Source of the DNA: an uncultured Nitrospinota bacterium
GTDB lineage: Bacteria > Tectomicrobia > Entotheonellia > J063 > CAVPRW01
Length of the DNA: 64,000 bases
Assembly: GCA_963707985.1 (NCBI GenBank)
Contig: CAVPRW010000017.1
Coordinates: forward strand, 288,001-352,000
Direction: 5' to 3'
The notes under the pieces are model-generated. The model had not been told where the DNA came from, made no database searches, and saw only the letters and a program-made list of their open reading frames with translations. The translations under genes were made by a program, and so were the position numbers. Of this stretch, positions 52,496 through 63,960 are shown one piece after another (the first letter of the stretch is position 1; each line of letters starts with the position of its first letter).

Positions 52496-54532
52496 ATGGC
52501 CCAGGTGTTGCCTAGTGTGTGTCCTTTAGATTGTCCCGATACCTGCAGTCTAGCGGTCACGGTCGAGAACCGGAAGGTCGTCAAGGTTCGCGGCTCCTAT
52601 GTCAATCCGCTGACGCGTGGGACCATCTGTGGCAAGGTCAGCCATTACCCGGAGTTTGTCCATGGGCCGGATCGTCTCCTCACTCCCCTCAAGCGCGTCG
52701 GCCCCAAGGGGGACGGCAAATTCACCCGCATCTCTTGGGATGAGGCGCTGGATTTGATCTATGATCGTTTCACCGCCATAAGCCGGGAATGCGGGGCCGA
52801 AGCGCTGCTGCCGTTGAACTATGGCGGGCCTCATGGGCTGCTGGCAGGCGGATCGATGGATTTGCGATTTTTCTACAAGCTGGGTGCTACCCGCCTGTCC
52901 CGTCGGCCGTTGTGCGGTGGGGTCAAGGAACAAGCCTTCTTCGGCACCTACGGAGCGGTGCCGTTGATGCGCCCGGAACACGTCGCACAGGCACGCCTGA
53001 TCATCCTCTGGGGCAACAATGTCACGGTGTCCCAATTGCATCTTGTCCCCATCATCAATGAGGCGCGCAAGCACGGGGCCAAGCTGGTGGTCGTTGATCC
53101 GCGCCGGATTCAGATCGCCCGACAAGCTGATCTGCACCTGGCCCTCAGCCCGGGGACTGATGTCGTCTTGGCGTGGGCATTGGCGGCTGAGCTAGAGCGC
53201 ATGGGTGGGTTGGACCAGACCTTCATCGCGGAGCATGTCTTGGGGGCTGAAGCGTACCTGGAACGCGCCCGTCAGATGTCGCTGGAGCAGGCGGCGCGTG
53301 TGTGTGGCCTGGAGCCGGCACAGATTCGCCAATTGGCTGAGATGTATCAGACCATCTCGCCCGCGGTCATCTGTCCTGGCAATGGGCCCGAGCGTAATCA
53401 GAACGGCGGCAGTGGATTGCGAGCGGTGTTCGCACTGCCGGCGTTGGCCGGTAAATTCGGAGTGCTAGGCGGCGGATTGCTGCAGGGGGCCAGCGCCTCC
53501 TTCCCGAAGACATTGGCCCGTCTCCAGGGAGAGGAATTCGCACCACAGGATGTCCGCACCCTCAACATTGTAACCATCGGCCGTGATCTCCTGGATCAGC
53601 ACCTCAAGCCGCCGATTCGGGGATTGTTCATCTATAATCACAATGCGGTCATCGTCCACCCTGATCAGAATACCATGCGGCGAGGACTGCTGCGGCAAGA
53701 CCTCTTTACGGTTGTTTGTGACATCGTCAAAACGGATACGGTGCTGTTTGCCGATGTCGTCTTACCAGCCTCCTCGCACTTCGAATACCCTGACCTCTAT
53801 CCGGCGTACGGCCAGCATTTTCTGCAGCGGGCCGAGGCCGTAATCCCGCCGGTGGGGGAATCCCTGCCTAACACCGAGATTTTCCGTCGACTGGCAAAAC
53901 GCTTCGGGTTCAGTGAACCCGCCTTCCAGGCCACCGATGCCGACTTGATGGATGAGGCATTGGCGCAGGACGATCCTCGCCTGCGTGGCGTGCAACCCAG
54001 CACCTTGCCGATCGATGCAGCCTTGGCGATGCAATTCCACGATAGCGATGCGATGTTGTTCAAGACGACCTTCCCGAAGACAGCCAGCGGCAAGATCGAG
54101 TTGCAGTCTGCCTATCTGGAACGCACCTATCATGCGCCACTGCCAACCTTCAGGCCGGTTGAGTCGAACTATCCACTGACGTTGATCTCGCCGGGGTCGG
54201 ATAAACGCACGACCTCCACCTTTGGTGGATTGCGCTATAGCGATGAGGCCTGGATCGACATGCACCCGCACGATGCGGCCATACGACGGCTCATCGATGG
54301 GATGATGGTACGGGTCTGGAACGACCTGGGCGAGGTACATTTGCGCTTGCGGGTTACTGAAGACGTCCGACCTGGGGTGATCTCTTCGCTCAAAGGCGCC
54401 TGGTTTCGGACCAGCGATAATGGGCAGACAGTATCAGCACTGGTCCCAACTCATTATGCGGATCTATGCGACGGGGCTTGTTTCAACGACACGCGGGTGG
54501 AGGTGGATCGGCTGGTGGATCAGACCTGTTAG
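52496..54532 (+). CDS. Molybdopterin-dependent oxidoreductase (DMSO reductase superfamily, 4Fe-4S)
   Basis: CPLDCPDTC..C.K, RISWDEA, DVVLPA, HPHDA..DG..VRVWN. Confidence 0.92.
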   Translation: MAQVLPSVCPLDCPDTCSLAVTVENRKVVKVRGSYVNPLTRGTICGKVSHYPEFVHGPDRLLTPLKRVGPKGDGKFTRISWDEALDLIYDRFTAISRECGAEALLPLNYGGPHGLLAGGSMDLRFFYKLGATRLSRRPLCGGVKEQAFFGTYGAVPLMRPEHVAQARLIILWGNNVTVSQLHLVPIINEARKHGAKLVVVDPRRIQIARQADLHLALSPGTDVVLAWALAAELERMGGLDQTFIAEHVLGAEAYLERARQMSLEQAARVCGLEPAQIRQLAEMYQTISPAVICPGNGPERNQNGGSGLRAVFALPALAGKFGVLGGGLLQGASASFPKTLARLQGEEFAPQDVRTLNIVTIGRDLLDQHLKPPIRGLFIYNHNAVIVHPDQNTMRRGLLRQDLFTVVCDIVKTDTVLFADVVLPASSHFEYPDLYPAYGQHFLQRAEAVIPPVGESLPNTEIFRRLAKRFGFSEPAFQATDADLMDEALAQDDPRLRGVQPSTLPIDAALAMQFHDSDAMLFKTTFPKTASGKIELQSAYLERTYHAPLPTFRPVESNYPLTLISPGSDKRTTSTFGGLRYSDEAWIDMHPHDAAIRRLIDGMMVRVWNDLGEVHLRLRVTEDVRPGVISSLKGAWFRTSDNGQTVSALVPTHYADLCDGACFNDTRVEVDRLVDQTC

Positions 54533-54628
54533 AGGTTTTTGGAATGGTATTTCCCTTGACATGCAAGGCGCAGCCGTTATGGCATCGAAGCAACTTTTTG
54601 GCCCAGCCAATCCTCGCGGGAGGAGAGA

Positions 54629-56266
54629 GTGATGAAGGGTGCGGCAGCTGTCGCAGAAATTCTCAAACGTGAAGGCACTGAGATTCTCATCGGGTATCCC
54701 GTTAATCCTATCATCGAGGCGGCGGCGGTCGCCGATATCCGGACCATCATCATCCGTCAAGAGCGCACCGGTCTGCACATGGCGGATGGCTTCAGCCGCG
54801 TGTCGTCCGGCAAACGCGTCGGCGTCTTCGCCATGCAACATGGGCCAGGGACGGAGAATGCCTTCGGGGGAGTGGCGCAAGCTTATGGGGATTCCGTCCC
54901 CATCGTCGTCTTCCCAGGCGGCTATCCACGGCGCCTGATCAATATTCCACCGAATTTCAATGCGTTTCTGAACTTCCGCCATATCTCAAAGTGGATCGAG
55001 CAAGTCCCTTTCGCCGATGTGATCCCGGATGCTTTGCGGCGCGCTTTCACGCAGGTGCGCAACGGACGACCGCGCCCGGTCGTCGTCGAGATCCCCACCG
55101 ACGTATTCCAGGAAGATGTCCCAGAGCCATTCCATTACAAGCCTGTGGTGGTGACGCGCTCAGCGCCGGATCCGCTGGCCGTGGGCGAGGTGGCTCAGGT
55201 GCTCGTGGAGGCGAAACGTCCGGTGCTCTATGCCGGTCAGGGGGTACACTACGCGCAAGCCTGGCCCGAGCTGCGCGAGCTCGCCGAGCTGCTGGCCGCT
55301 CCGGTCACGACGAGCCTCGAGGGGAAAAGCGCTTTCCCGGAAACCCATCCACTGTCGCTTGGCTCCGGCGGCCGTTCGGTTCCAAAAACAGTGCACGATT
55401 TCCTGCAGAATTCCGACGTCATTTTCGGCATTGGCTGCAGCTTTGCCGTGACGAATTATGGCGTGTCCATGCCACCGGGCAAAGTCATCATCCATGCGAC
55501 CCTCGACCCCGCTGATCTGAACAAGGACGTGCCGGCCGAGTACGCGCTTATCGGCGATGCCAAACTCACCCTGCAGGCGCTGATCGGCGAGGTGAAGGAT
55601 CGCTTGGGTGCCAGTACACGCGATACGCATCAGGTGGCGGCCCAGATCAAGCAAATCAAAGACGAATGGCTGGCGCAATGGCTACCGAAGCTGACCGCCA
55701 ATGACGTGCCCCTGTCGCCCTATCGGGTCATCTGGGACCTCATGCATACGGTGGATATCGCCAATACCATTATCACCCATGATGCCGGCAGCCCGCGGGA
55801 TCAACTCTCCCCCTTCTGGCAGCCTGTCGAGCCGCTTACCTATATTGGCTGGGGCAAGACCACGCAGCTCGGCTACGGCCTCGGATTGGCCATGGGGGCT
55901 AAACTGGCGGCGCCTGAAAAGCTGTGCATCAACCTGTGGGGCGATGCGGCCATCGGTTTCACCGGCATGGACTTCGAGACGGCGGTGCGCGAGCGCATCC
56001 CGATCCTCAGCGTGTTGCTCAATAATTTCTCCATGGCCATCGAGCTTCCGATCATGAAGGTTGCCACAGAGAAGTATCGCAGCACGGATATCTCCGGCAA
56101 TTACGCTGATATGGCCAAGGCCTTTGGCGGCTATGGCGAGCGCGTCACCCAGCCAGCTGAGATCGTTCCAGCGATCAAACGCGCCATCAAGATGACGCAG
56201 GAGGGGACGCCAGCGCTCCTGGAATTCCTCACGGCGAAGGAGATCCAGTACTCCATCTTCCGATAA
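54629..56266 (+). CDS. Thiamine pyrophosphate-requiring enzyme (acetolactate-synthase-like)
   Basis: RQERTGLHMADG, GPG..N, GDAA...NN TPP motif. Confidence 0.9.
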   Translation: MMKGAAAVAEILKREGTEILIGYPVNPIIEAAAVADIRTIIIRQERTGLHMADGFSRVSSGKRVGVFAMQHGPGTENAFGGVAQAYGDSVPIVVFPGGYPRRLINIPPNFNAFLNFRHISKWIEQVPFADVIPDALRRAFTQVRNGRPRPVVVEIPTDVFQEDVPEPFHYKPVVVTRSAPDPLAVGEVAQVLVEAKRPVLYAGQGVHYAQAWPELRELAELLAAPVTTSLEGKSAFPETHPLSLGSGGRSVPKTVHDFLQNSDVIFGIGCSFAVTNYGVSMPPGKVIIHATLDPADLNKDVPAEYALIGDAKLTLQALIGEVKDRLGASTRDTHQVAAQIKQIKDEWLAQWLPKLTANDVPLSPYRVIWDLMHTVDIANTIITHDAGSPRDQLSPFWQPVEPLTYIGWGKTTQLGYGLGLAMGAKLAAPEKLCINLWGDAAIGFTGMDFETAVRERIPILSVLLNNFSMAIELPIMKVATEKYRSTDISGNYADMAKAFGGYGERVTQPAEIVPAIKRAIKMTQEGTPALLEFLTAKEIQYSIFR

Positions 56267-56393
56267 CATTATCTGCGGCCGGACGCTGATGAAAACAGCA
56301 GGGAAAGCCTTGTCCATCGGCATGCCTCCGCGCTTTCATTGCCGATGCGAGTGAGGGTTTGACCCGCTGATCATGCAAAAGAGGGTCGATAAG

Positions 56394-57077
56394 ATGCGTT
56401 TCGCTCATTTGTTTATCCGTAGTGCCTGCCTTGGGCTGGTGATAAGTGTCGTGCTCGGTTTGCTGATCTCTACCATCGAAGCGGGTGATGGGGAAAAAGC
56501 TGCACCACTCCTGCAGCCCAAAAGTGCTGCCATGACGCAAACCGCGCCGGTGACTTTCAAAGTCAAATTTGCCACGAGCGAGGGCGACTTCGTCGTCGAA
56601 TCGCAGCGAGACTGGGCTCCCCGCGGCGTCGATCGCTTCTATAATCTGGTGAAGAACGGGTACTACGATGACGTCTGTTTTTTTCGCGTGATCTCCGGTT
56701 TCATGGCTCAGTTCGGCATCCATGGAGACCCCAAGGTTGCGGCTGCCTGGCGCCCGGAACGCCTGCAAGACGACCCGGTCAAGCAGAGTAACAAACGCGG
56801 CTATATCTCCTACGCTATGGCGGGGCCGAACACCCGCACCACGCAACTCTTCATCAACTATGGTGACAACTCCAGGCTGGATCAGATGGGGTTTGCGCCG
56901 ATTGCCCGCGTTGTCGAGGGCATGGACGTGGTCGATCACCTGTACTCTGGCTATGGCGAGGGCGCACCCAGCGGTAAGGGCCCTGACCAGGGACGTCTCC
57001 AGGCGGAAGGGAGCGCGTATCTCACCAAGGATTTTCCCCAGCTCGATTGCATTAAAAAGGCTAGCATCGTCGAATGA
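56394..57077 (+). CDS. Cyclophilin-type peptidyl-prolyl isomerase, exported
   Basis: Signal peptide; FFRVISGFMAQFG, RTTQLFIN, GMDVVD. Confidence 0.92.
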   Translation: MRFAHLFIRSACLGLVISVVLGLLISTIEAGDGEKAAPLLQPKSAAMTQTAPVTFKVKFATSEGDFVVESQRDWAPRGVDRFYNLVKNGYYDDVCFFRVISGFMAQFGIHGDPKVAAAWRPERLQDDPVKQSNKRGYISYAMAGPNTRTTQLFINYGDNSRLDQMGFAPIARVVEGMDVVDHLYSGYGEGAPSGKGPDQGRLQAEGSAYLTKDFPQLDCIKKASIVE

Positions 57078-57142
57078 GACCGGTGCTCATGCAGCTGACG
57101 GTTTTGGCCTGCGGTGCAGCCTTCCGTCAAGGGAGTTGACCC

Positions 57143-57940
57143 ATGAAATTCGCGCTGATTTACCAGGTCCAGTTACCCAAACCCTGGACCGACGTCAGTG
57201 AATACCAATTATTCCAGAATATCCTCACCCAGGTGGGCTTTGCCGAGGAGATGGGCTTCGAATTTGCCCAAGGCATGGACGGAGGAAGTCTTCCGACATC
57301 AGGGAAAATACTACCAGATCCCCGCGCGCCCCGCGCGTGAGGTCGTCCCGAAGCCGCTACAAAAACCCCATCCACCCCTCTGGGGGGCCTGCAACCAGGA
57401 AGATACGGCCTACATGACCGGCAAGATGGGTTTTGGGTGCCTGGTCATCACGCACCGGGGCGCCGAACGAGCACACAAGCTGATCGGCCTCTACAAAGAG
57501 GCGATTGACCAGGCAGAGCCCCAGGGTAGATTCGTCCACAACCATGTGGCGGCGAATACACTGGCCTATTGTGGAGAAGATCGGGAAGCAGCCAGGACCA
57601 GGGGCGCTGAGCTACTGGACTGGTATCGCCAGATGCAGCGCAGGCGCGAGGAGCGCAATTGGCAGGAAGTGGCGTTGGAGGAAGTCCCCGACGACTACAA
57701 ATTCCACCTCTCGAAGGGAGCCGACAGCGGCGGGGGAGATAATATTACCGGCCGTGATCTGGTGGAGGCTACCCGTTTTCCCATGGGCAGCCCCGAGGAT
57801 TGTATCAAATTTATCGAGCAGTTCGCGGCCATCGGTGTTGAAGAGTTGATGTTCAATTTTCAACTGGGCCCGGTGGCCCATGCGGAGGTGATGGAGTCGA
57901 TTCGCCTGTTTGGCAAGCAGGTGATCCCTTATTTCCGCGT
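57143..57940 (+). pseudogene. LLM class flavin-dependent oxidoreductase with internal deletion/frameshift; 3' end abuts a transposase fragment
   Basis: N-terminal MKFALIY..AEEMGFE jumps at ~57262 to AWT..PKPLQKPHPPLW; the intervening EHH-containing region is missing. Confidence 0.75.
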
Positions 57941-58438
57941 CACCAAGTGCAACTTCCACCCGTAGACCCACCCGTGCCAGCCCGACTTGGTCCAGTGCGC
58001 CTCCGTATCAATCGACGTGTGGGGAACCAGGCTAGCCTCGCGATCCTTCTTATGCCAGACCCCGCCGCGGGCGCGCAAGAGCGTGCTGTCGATGGCGACC
58101 GCCCGCCCGCACGTCGCCCACGGCTGGATCACAGCCACCAGCGCTCGGCCCAGACACCCAATCTGCGCCGGCAGGCGCGCCGGGATGGTAGGCAAGCGTC
58201 GCTCCCAGGTACGGCGTGCGGGAAAGCGGCCGTCGACCGTCAGCAACGCGCGCAGGGTCTGCATCTCTGGGGTGGGCTGAGCCAACACACTCAGCAGGGC
58301 ATGCACGGTGTGCAGATGCCGCACGATCATGATGACCAAGGCCTGCAGAAACAGCCGGTCCGGATACCTCGCCGGGCGGCCACGGCGGCACCTTGCCGGC
58401 GGGGGCGGGCTGGGCACCCAGCCGGCCAGTTTCACCAC
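57938..58438 (-). mobile_element. Internal fragment of a DDE transposase
   Basis: RGRPARYPD, RRTWERRL, AIDST, GWVYGWKLH; both ends truncated, no terminal inverted repeats seen. Confidence 0.75.
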
Positions 58439-60065
58439 CTAATACCCGATGGCGCAGCCATCCTTGCGATGGTCGCTGCCTCCCTGCAAGACACCGCGCT
58501 CATGGTCAATCATAATCGCCTGGCCGCCGCCGTACGGCGTGCCGGGCGGCATCGCACCATAGGGCAACAACTCGTGCCCCATGGCTTCCAGGGCATGGCG
58601 TACCTCATGCGGGATGGCGCGTTCGAGCGCCACGAGCTTGCCGCCCATGATGCGGTAGCGCGGCGCCTCGATGGCTTCCTGCACGTTCATCTGGAAATCG
58701 ATGAGATTGATCGCCACCTGTGTATGCCCCTGCGGCTGTACATCGCCCCCCATCACACCGAAACTCACCCAGGGTCGGTCGTCCTTCAGGATCATGGCTG
58801 GGATGATCGTATGCAAGGGGCGTTTACCCGGTGCCAGCGCATTGGGGTGCTGTGGATCAGCCACAAAGCCGGCACCGCGGTTCTGCAGGCAGATGCCGGT
58901 GTCGCCCGCCACGACGCCAGAGCCAAAGGCGGAGAACACGCTGTTGATCAGCGACACCACGTTGCCCTCTCGATCGACGCAAGATACATAGACCGTATTG
59001 CCGAAGGGCAGCGGACTCCCGGCCTTATACACACCAGCCTGCTCGCGAGACATCTCCTGACGACGAGCTTTGGCGTATTCCTTGGACAGTAAACCGGCGA
59101 TGGGCAGGTCCGCGAAGGCCGGATCAGCGACGTAGCGGTTGCGGTCGGCAAAGGCTTGCTTGGTGGCCTCGATCAACAGGTGATAGTAGGGGGCAGAGCC
59201 ATAGTCCATCCCCGCCAAGTCAAAACCTTCCAGAATATTAAGCGCGATCAGTGCCGTAATGCCCTGACCGTTCGGGGGCAATTCCAGAATGGTGTAGCCT
59301 CGATAGTCGATGCTGATAGGCTCCACCCATTCGGTGGTGTGAATGCGAAAATCCTCTAGCGTGAAAAAGCCATGGTTCTCCTGCGAGAATTGCACGATTT
59401 GACGGGCAATCTCGCCCTGATAGAAGGCATCGCGTCCTTCAGCAGCCAGAAGCTTGAGCGTGCGCGCCAGGTTTGGCTGGCGATGGACCTCGCCGGCCTG
59501 CGGCGCCTTACCGTCGGTCAAATAGGTGCGCAGCACTGGAGGGAAATTGCGACAGCAGCGGTGCCGACCCTTGCCATTGCTTGGCGATGATCTCGCTGAC
59601 CGGAAAGCCCTCACTGGCATAGTAGATGGCTGGTTCGAGCACTGCGGCGAAGGTAAGTTTGCCGTGTCGGCGTTGCACTTCGACGAAGGCATCGATCGCC
59701 CCCGGCACGGTCACCGATCCCAGGCCAATCTGTGGGACGCCCTTGATCCCTCGTCGTTGCAACTCTTCCAGCGTGAGCCCAGCCGGACAGCGCCCGCTGC
59801 CGTTGACCCCATAGATTCGGCCGTCCGCTGCCGCCTGATAGAGGAGAAAGGCATCCCCGCCGATCCCGGTGGAGACCGGTTCGACGACTCCGAGTGTCAG
59901 CGCGGTCGCAATGGCCGCATCGATGGCATTGCCGCCTTTTTTCAACATGCTGACCCCGGCCTCCACCGCCAGCGGCTGGCTACTGGCCACCATGCCATGT
60001 CGCGCCATGACCACCGAACGCCGCGCCGCATAGCCGGCGCGCTCCAGACGACTCGTTTCGAACAT
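58439..60065 (-). CDS. ggt: Gamma-glutamyltransferase; apparent +1 frameshift at ~59532
   Basis: GGNAIDAA, GIGGD, TVPG, PPNGQG, Thr nucleophile NTVY..D.EGN, PGKRPLHT, GVMGG. Confidence 0.9.
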
Positions 60066-60482
60066 GCTGACACTCCTCCTCCGAATGTGCTAAACGTATG
60101 GGATCAACGGGGCGCTATCATACGTAGGCGAGAGGGGGAAGTCAAAACCTAACACAACAGCTCAGCGACAGGGGCCGCACTGCCATAATTCTCTGCCCGC
60201 ACCACAGGGGTACAAAGCTCCGCTGCCCCCCGTCCGCTGCAGCGCCGGCACGATTACCCCCTTGGCCCAAACCCAATCAGGCTACTCCTGGCGAATTCGA
60301 TTGACCGCCCGTGCGTCAATTTTCGTCTCGATACATGTTTTCTGCTCAATCACCCTGTCTTACAATCATGTTACTTCATTCTAAGCTATTGATTGTATTG
60401 GCAATATTCTTGCACCACCTTCGTGCTGGAATGGTGATCGCACGTGCTCGGTGTGCGACGATCCTGCAACCGAAGGAGGGGC

Positions 60483-61181
60483 ATGATGCCATTTACGCGA
60501 CAACTGACAGCTGTGGTAGGCACTTGGCTGTGCCTGTGGTTCATGGGGGGCGCCGTTCAGGCTGATCCGTGGTGCGGGGAACACGGCATGGCCTCGTATT
60601 ATGGGAAGGGTTTTCATGGCCGCAAGACGGCCAGTGGGGAGCGCTTCTCTCAAAATGAGATGACTGCGGCTCACCGCCAGCTTCCATTGGGCACCAAGGT
60701 CATGGTGGAAAACCCCGAGACGGGGGCACAGATCGAGGTCAAGATAACGGACCGAGGGCCGTATGCAGATATGAAACGCCGCATTATTGATCTCTCTAAA
60801 GCGGCAGCCGACAGTATCGGCCTCGTCGAGCCAGGGGTGGCTCCAGTCCGTGTCGTTGTCACAGAAGAAGCCGCCAAGCAGCAGAAGAGTCCTGAGGAAG
60901 CACTCGTCTATGAGGTCCAGGTGGGCGCTTTTGAACACCACGACGAGGCGGCGGGCGTACTCGCCCAAGTCCAGGACTGGTTTCCTAAGGTGTATATGGC
61001 GCCGCGCCAGGGGCCGGCCGGCGAGTATTACCGCGTCCGAGTCGGGCCTTTTTCGACCAAGGCAGAGGCCGAGCACATCGCCAGTGGGTTGAAGCGCGGG
61101 GGCCACCGCGTGTTTCTCGACGAAGTTCCGGAAACAGCGCTGCCTCCCGAAGCCCCTCAGCCTTCCTCTAACCCCAAATGA
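60483..61181 (+). CDS. rlpA: RlpA family lytic transglycosylase with SPOR domain
   Basis: GMASYYG..HGRKTASGE, AAHRQLPLGT, DRGPY, IIDLS; SPOR VQVGAF..YRVRVGPF. Confidence 0.92.
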   Translation: MMPFTRQLTAVVGTWLCLWFMGGAVQADPWCGEHGMASYYGKGFHGRKTASGERFSQNEMTAAHRQLPLGTKVMVENPETGAQIEVKITDRGPYADMKRRIIDLSKAAADSIGLVEPGVAPVRVVVTEEAAKQQKSPEEALVYEVQVGAFEHHDEAAGVLAQVQDWFPKVYMAPRQGPAGEYYRVRVGPFSTKAEAEHIASGLKRGGHRVFLDEVPETALPPEAPQPSSNPK

Positions 61182-61873
61182 CCTGGGCGCATATCCACCC
61201 GGGCTCGCATCACCGGAGGCATCCGTATGGGTGACAGGGTGGGCGGATTGGGTCCCGCAAGGCCTGCAACCGTTGATGGGATGCGGCAGCTTACAGAGGA
61301 AACAGAGGTGCTTGGCAAATTCGCGCTCAGTATCTGTGTTGGCGATAATGGAGTGTTGACTATGGCCCTAACCCAAAAAACACCCGGAGAGGAAATCTCC
61401 CAGCGTCTTTCGTCAGACGCATCCCAGACGCCAGGCCACGCTCCGTCTTACGCCGCAACCGGTCATTATCAAGCCTGCTCCCGCAGGTCACGACTCATCA
61501 ATAATTTGCAGGGTTCGAAGTTGCCTCGGCGTCATCATCAGATGGCCCGATACGCTCACGGCCTAACGACGGCCGCGTCGGGGCTGAGGTATAGCGCTGC
61601 CCAGACCCCCGCGCTGGTGACGATGGCACAGCGTTTGCTCTGAGAGACAGGCGTGCTGTAGTGGCACTGTGAGATGGCGCGCAACCGCGTGGCGAAGCGC
61701 TGGGTCTTCAGGCCCCACGCGCCCCGCTGACACGTGCTCACGGGGCGCTGTCTCACATCGGGAAAATCTCCCAGGTGGTCTCATTCTGAGACCACCTCGC
61801 TGGTGCCATTAGACGCGTGGTACCGGTGAACGATGAGCCGAGTGGGGCATGATCACACTCGACAGAGAGGAGG

Positions 61874-62257
61874 ATGGCCATGACGACGACCGCCATGGGT
61901 CTCTTTGACGGGTTTTCCGAGGCGCAGCGCCTCATCCACACGCTAGTGGCGCAGGGCATCCGGAGCGAGGACATCACCATCATCGCGAATCGTGAGGAGA
62001 CCGCTGTCAGCGAGGTCCTTGTCGCGGCGGCGTGGGGGGTGAACATCGATGTGGGCCCGGCGAGTCGAGGCCAACCGGCCGCATTGATCGCGCTCGGGGT
62101 CCCGGTGGATCAGGCTGAGGCGTATGCCATGGTCCTTGACGGCGGGGGTGCTCTGGTGAGTGTTGCCGCGGACGAGCACCAAGTGGACCAGGTGTTGGAG
62201 CTCATGGGGCGGTATACGACCGAGGATTTCGCGGCGCAGGCGGGGTCGAAGCGCTGA
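61874..62257 (+). CDS. General stress protein-like (YflT-like), possibly internally shortened
   Basis: GLFD..AQ..L..GI..EDI.II; LIALGVP..A..Y..GGALVSV; RBS GAGGAGG. Confidence 0.6.
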   Translation: MAMTTTAMGLFDGFSEAQRLIHTLVAQGIRSEDITIIANREETAVSEVLVAAAWGVNIDVGPASRGQPAALIALGVPVDQAEAYAMVLDGGGALVSVAADEHQVDQVLELMGRYTTEDFAAQAGSKR

Positions 62258-62262
62258 GCGGC

Positions 62263-62288
62263 CTGGTCGGGGGCAAACCCCCGACCAG
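62263..62288. terminator. Perfect 11-bp hairpin just after the stop codon
   Basis: CTGGTCGGGGG-caaa-CCCCCGACCAG; no U tract. Confidence 0.45.
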
Positions 62289-62507
62289 CGGATGGCTCAT
62301 GCTTACGATGGGGACCCATTTGGCCGTGGCGCGAACAGTCGTCCCCTATCAACCTATCAAGGCACATCGGACTGATACTCAAGGGTTGGGCGTCAGCATG
62401 ATGACAGCCCCGTTCATCTAGACATGTCGATCTCGGAGTGCTTCAGACGACTCACTGGTAGTCATAGTGATCCCCATCCGGGAGTAAACCCGACGAGGAG
62501 AAACACC

Positions 62508-63008
62508 ATGCCAGGCATGCAAAAGATCACCCCATGTTTGTGGTTTGATGCTCAAGCTGAAGAGGCCGTTGCATTTTATACCGCGATCTTTCGTAATTCA
62601 AAGATCGTCAGCATCTCTCGATATGGAGAAGCGGGGTATGAAGTCCACGGAAAACCAGCGGGAACGGTCATGGTCGTGGCCTTTGAGCTGGATGGGCAGG
62701 CGTTTACCGCACTCAACGGCGGCCCGATGTTCACATTCAACGAGGCCGTCTCATTCCAAGTTGATTGCGAGACGCAGGCAGAAGTGGATTATTACTGGGG
62801 GAAGCTTTCTGAGGGCGGGGATGACACAGCACAGCAGTGCGGCTGGCTCAAGGACAAATACGGCGTTTCATGGCAAGTGGTTCCCCGCGTGTTGCCCGAG
62901 ATGATCAAGGACCCTGCTTCTGAGAAGTCCCAAAGAGCCATGAAGGCCATGCTTCAGATGAAGAAGATCGACATTGATGCACTCAAGCGGGCGTATGAAG
63001 GTCAGTAG
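62508..63008 (+). CDS. VOC/PhnB-like (3-demethylubiquinone-9 3-methyltransferase-annotated) protein
   Basis: QKITPCLWF, ALNGGP, QCGWLKDKYGVSWQ. Confidence 0.92.
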   Translation: MPGMQKITPCLWFDAQAEEAVAFYTAIFRNSKIVSISRYGEAGYEVHGKPAGTVMVVAFELDGQAFTALNGGPMFTFNEAVSFQVDCETQAEVDYYWGKLSEGGDDTAQQCGWLKDKYGVSWQVVPRVLPEMIKDPASEKSQRAMKAMLQMKKIDIDALKRAYEGQ

Positions 63009-63242
63009 TCTGTGTACAGGCTCTCGCGAACAAACGCATCCAGCCGATGCGCAGGTATCCTCCTCAGTCAGGAGGAGGTCAACGCCACTCGGATACTGTC
63101 GGCTCCATGCTCCACGGAGTTCAAGGGTGTGCGGGTGGGATTTGCCCCCTGATGTCCATGGGGGCACGAGAACCCCGGACCGAGGCCCCACTCCACCCCA
63201 GACGCCTGGTCGCGCCGCTATTCACGATGCTAAACCGGGAAC

Positions 63243-63535
63243 CTAGGGCGCAAGGGCGGTCAGCGCCTCAAAGTCCGGCAGGGGCAGGTAAAACGCCATC
63301 GCCTGCCGCGCCACCGCTCGGGCCTTGGTCGGGTCCTTGACCAGGAGCACCTTTTGCTCGACACAAAGCCATGGAACCGGACTGATGATGGCCCGCACCC
63401 GTGCCGTATGCTCGGGGGTGACATTGTAGGGAAAGGGTCCATTGGTCCGCGCGGCGGCGAGGGCCGTCATCTGAGGGCCTAAGGCAGCCAGGACCGCCGG
63501 GGGCGGCTTCTCCAGCGGGGGCGCGAAGGCGACCC
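63243..63535 (-). pseudogene. Internal fragment of an F420-dependent LLM oxidoreductase
   Basis: VLAALGPQM..AA..G..PYNVTPEHT..LCVEQKV..AR; lacks N- and C-termini. Confidence 0.7.
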
Positions 63536-63639
63536 ACCCCCAGAAACACACCAATATTCCCGTTGGCTTTTCGTAACGATCAATGCAACAATACGCCTCT
63601 ACCTGGAACAATTTGATGTTCCCAGAATGGGGTTAGCCA

Positions 63640-63960
63640 TGTCGATTGTTGCTCTCATTGAAAATACAATCAAAGCCGATACATCTGGCTTGCTCCTCCC
63701 ACGCAGACGCAAGAAACACTTGCAGGCACAGGAGGCGTTTGTGCTCTTGACCGCCCTCGCCCATAATATTTTCGCTTGGACACGCCGGTATTGGGTTGCT
63801 GAGCCCGAAATGGGCAATGTCGGAATCTACTTTATCGTCAACGAAATACTCCCCAGACGAGGAAAACTGAGTGTCACCCATGCCTAACTCGTCAAAATAC
63901 ATTTGCAGGCGAGCCCTCCGAGGGCCAAGCCTGCGCTGGCGAAGCTTTTACGTATATTAG
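63640..63960 (+). mobile_element. C-terminal remnant of a DDE transposase
   Basis: IE..IKAD..GL..RRKK..AQEA..LLT.LAHN..W pattern; lower GC than flanks. Confidence 0.6.

Noticed and set aside
61190..61860. Short ORFs between rlpA and the stress-protein gene
   Set aside because: No recognisable motifs or convincing RBS; cannot be supported as genes
62508..63008. PhnB-like gene as part of the phosphonate system
   Set aside because: Over 30 kb from the locus; a widespread VOC family with no demonstrated C-P role
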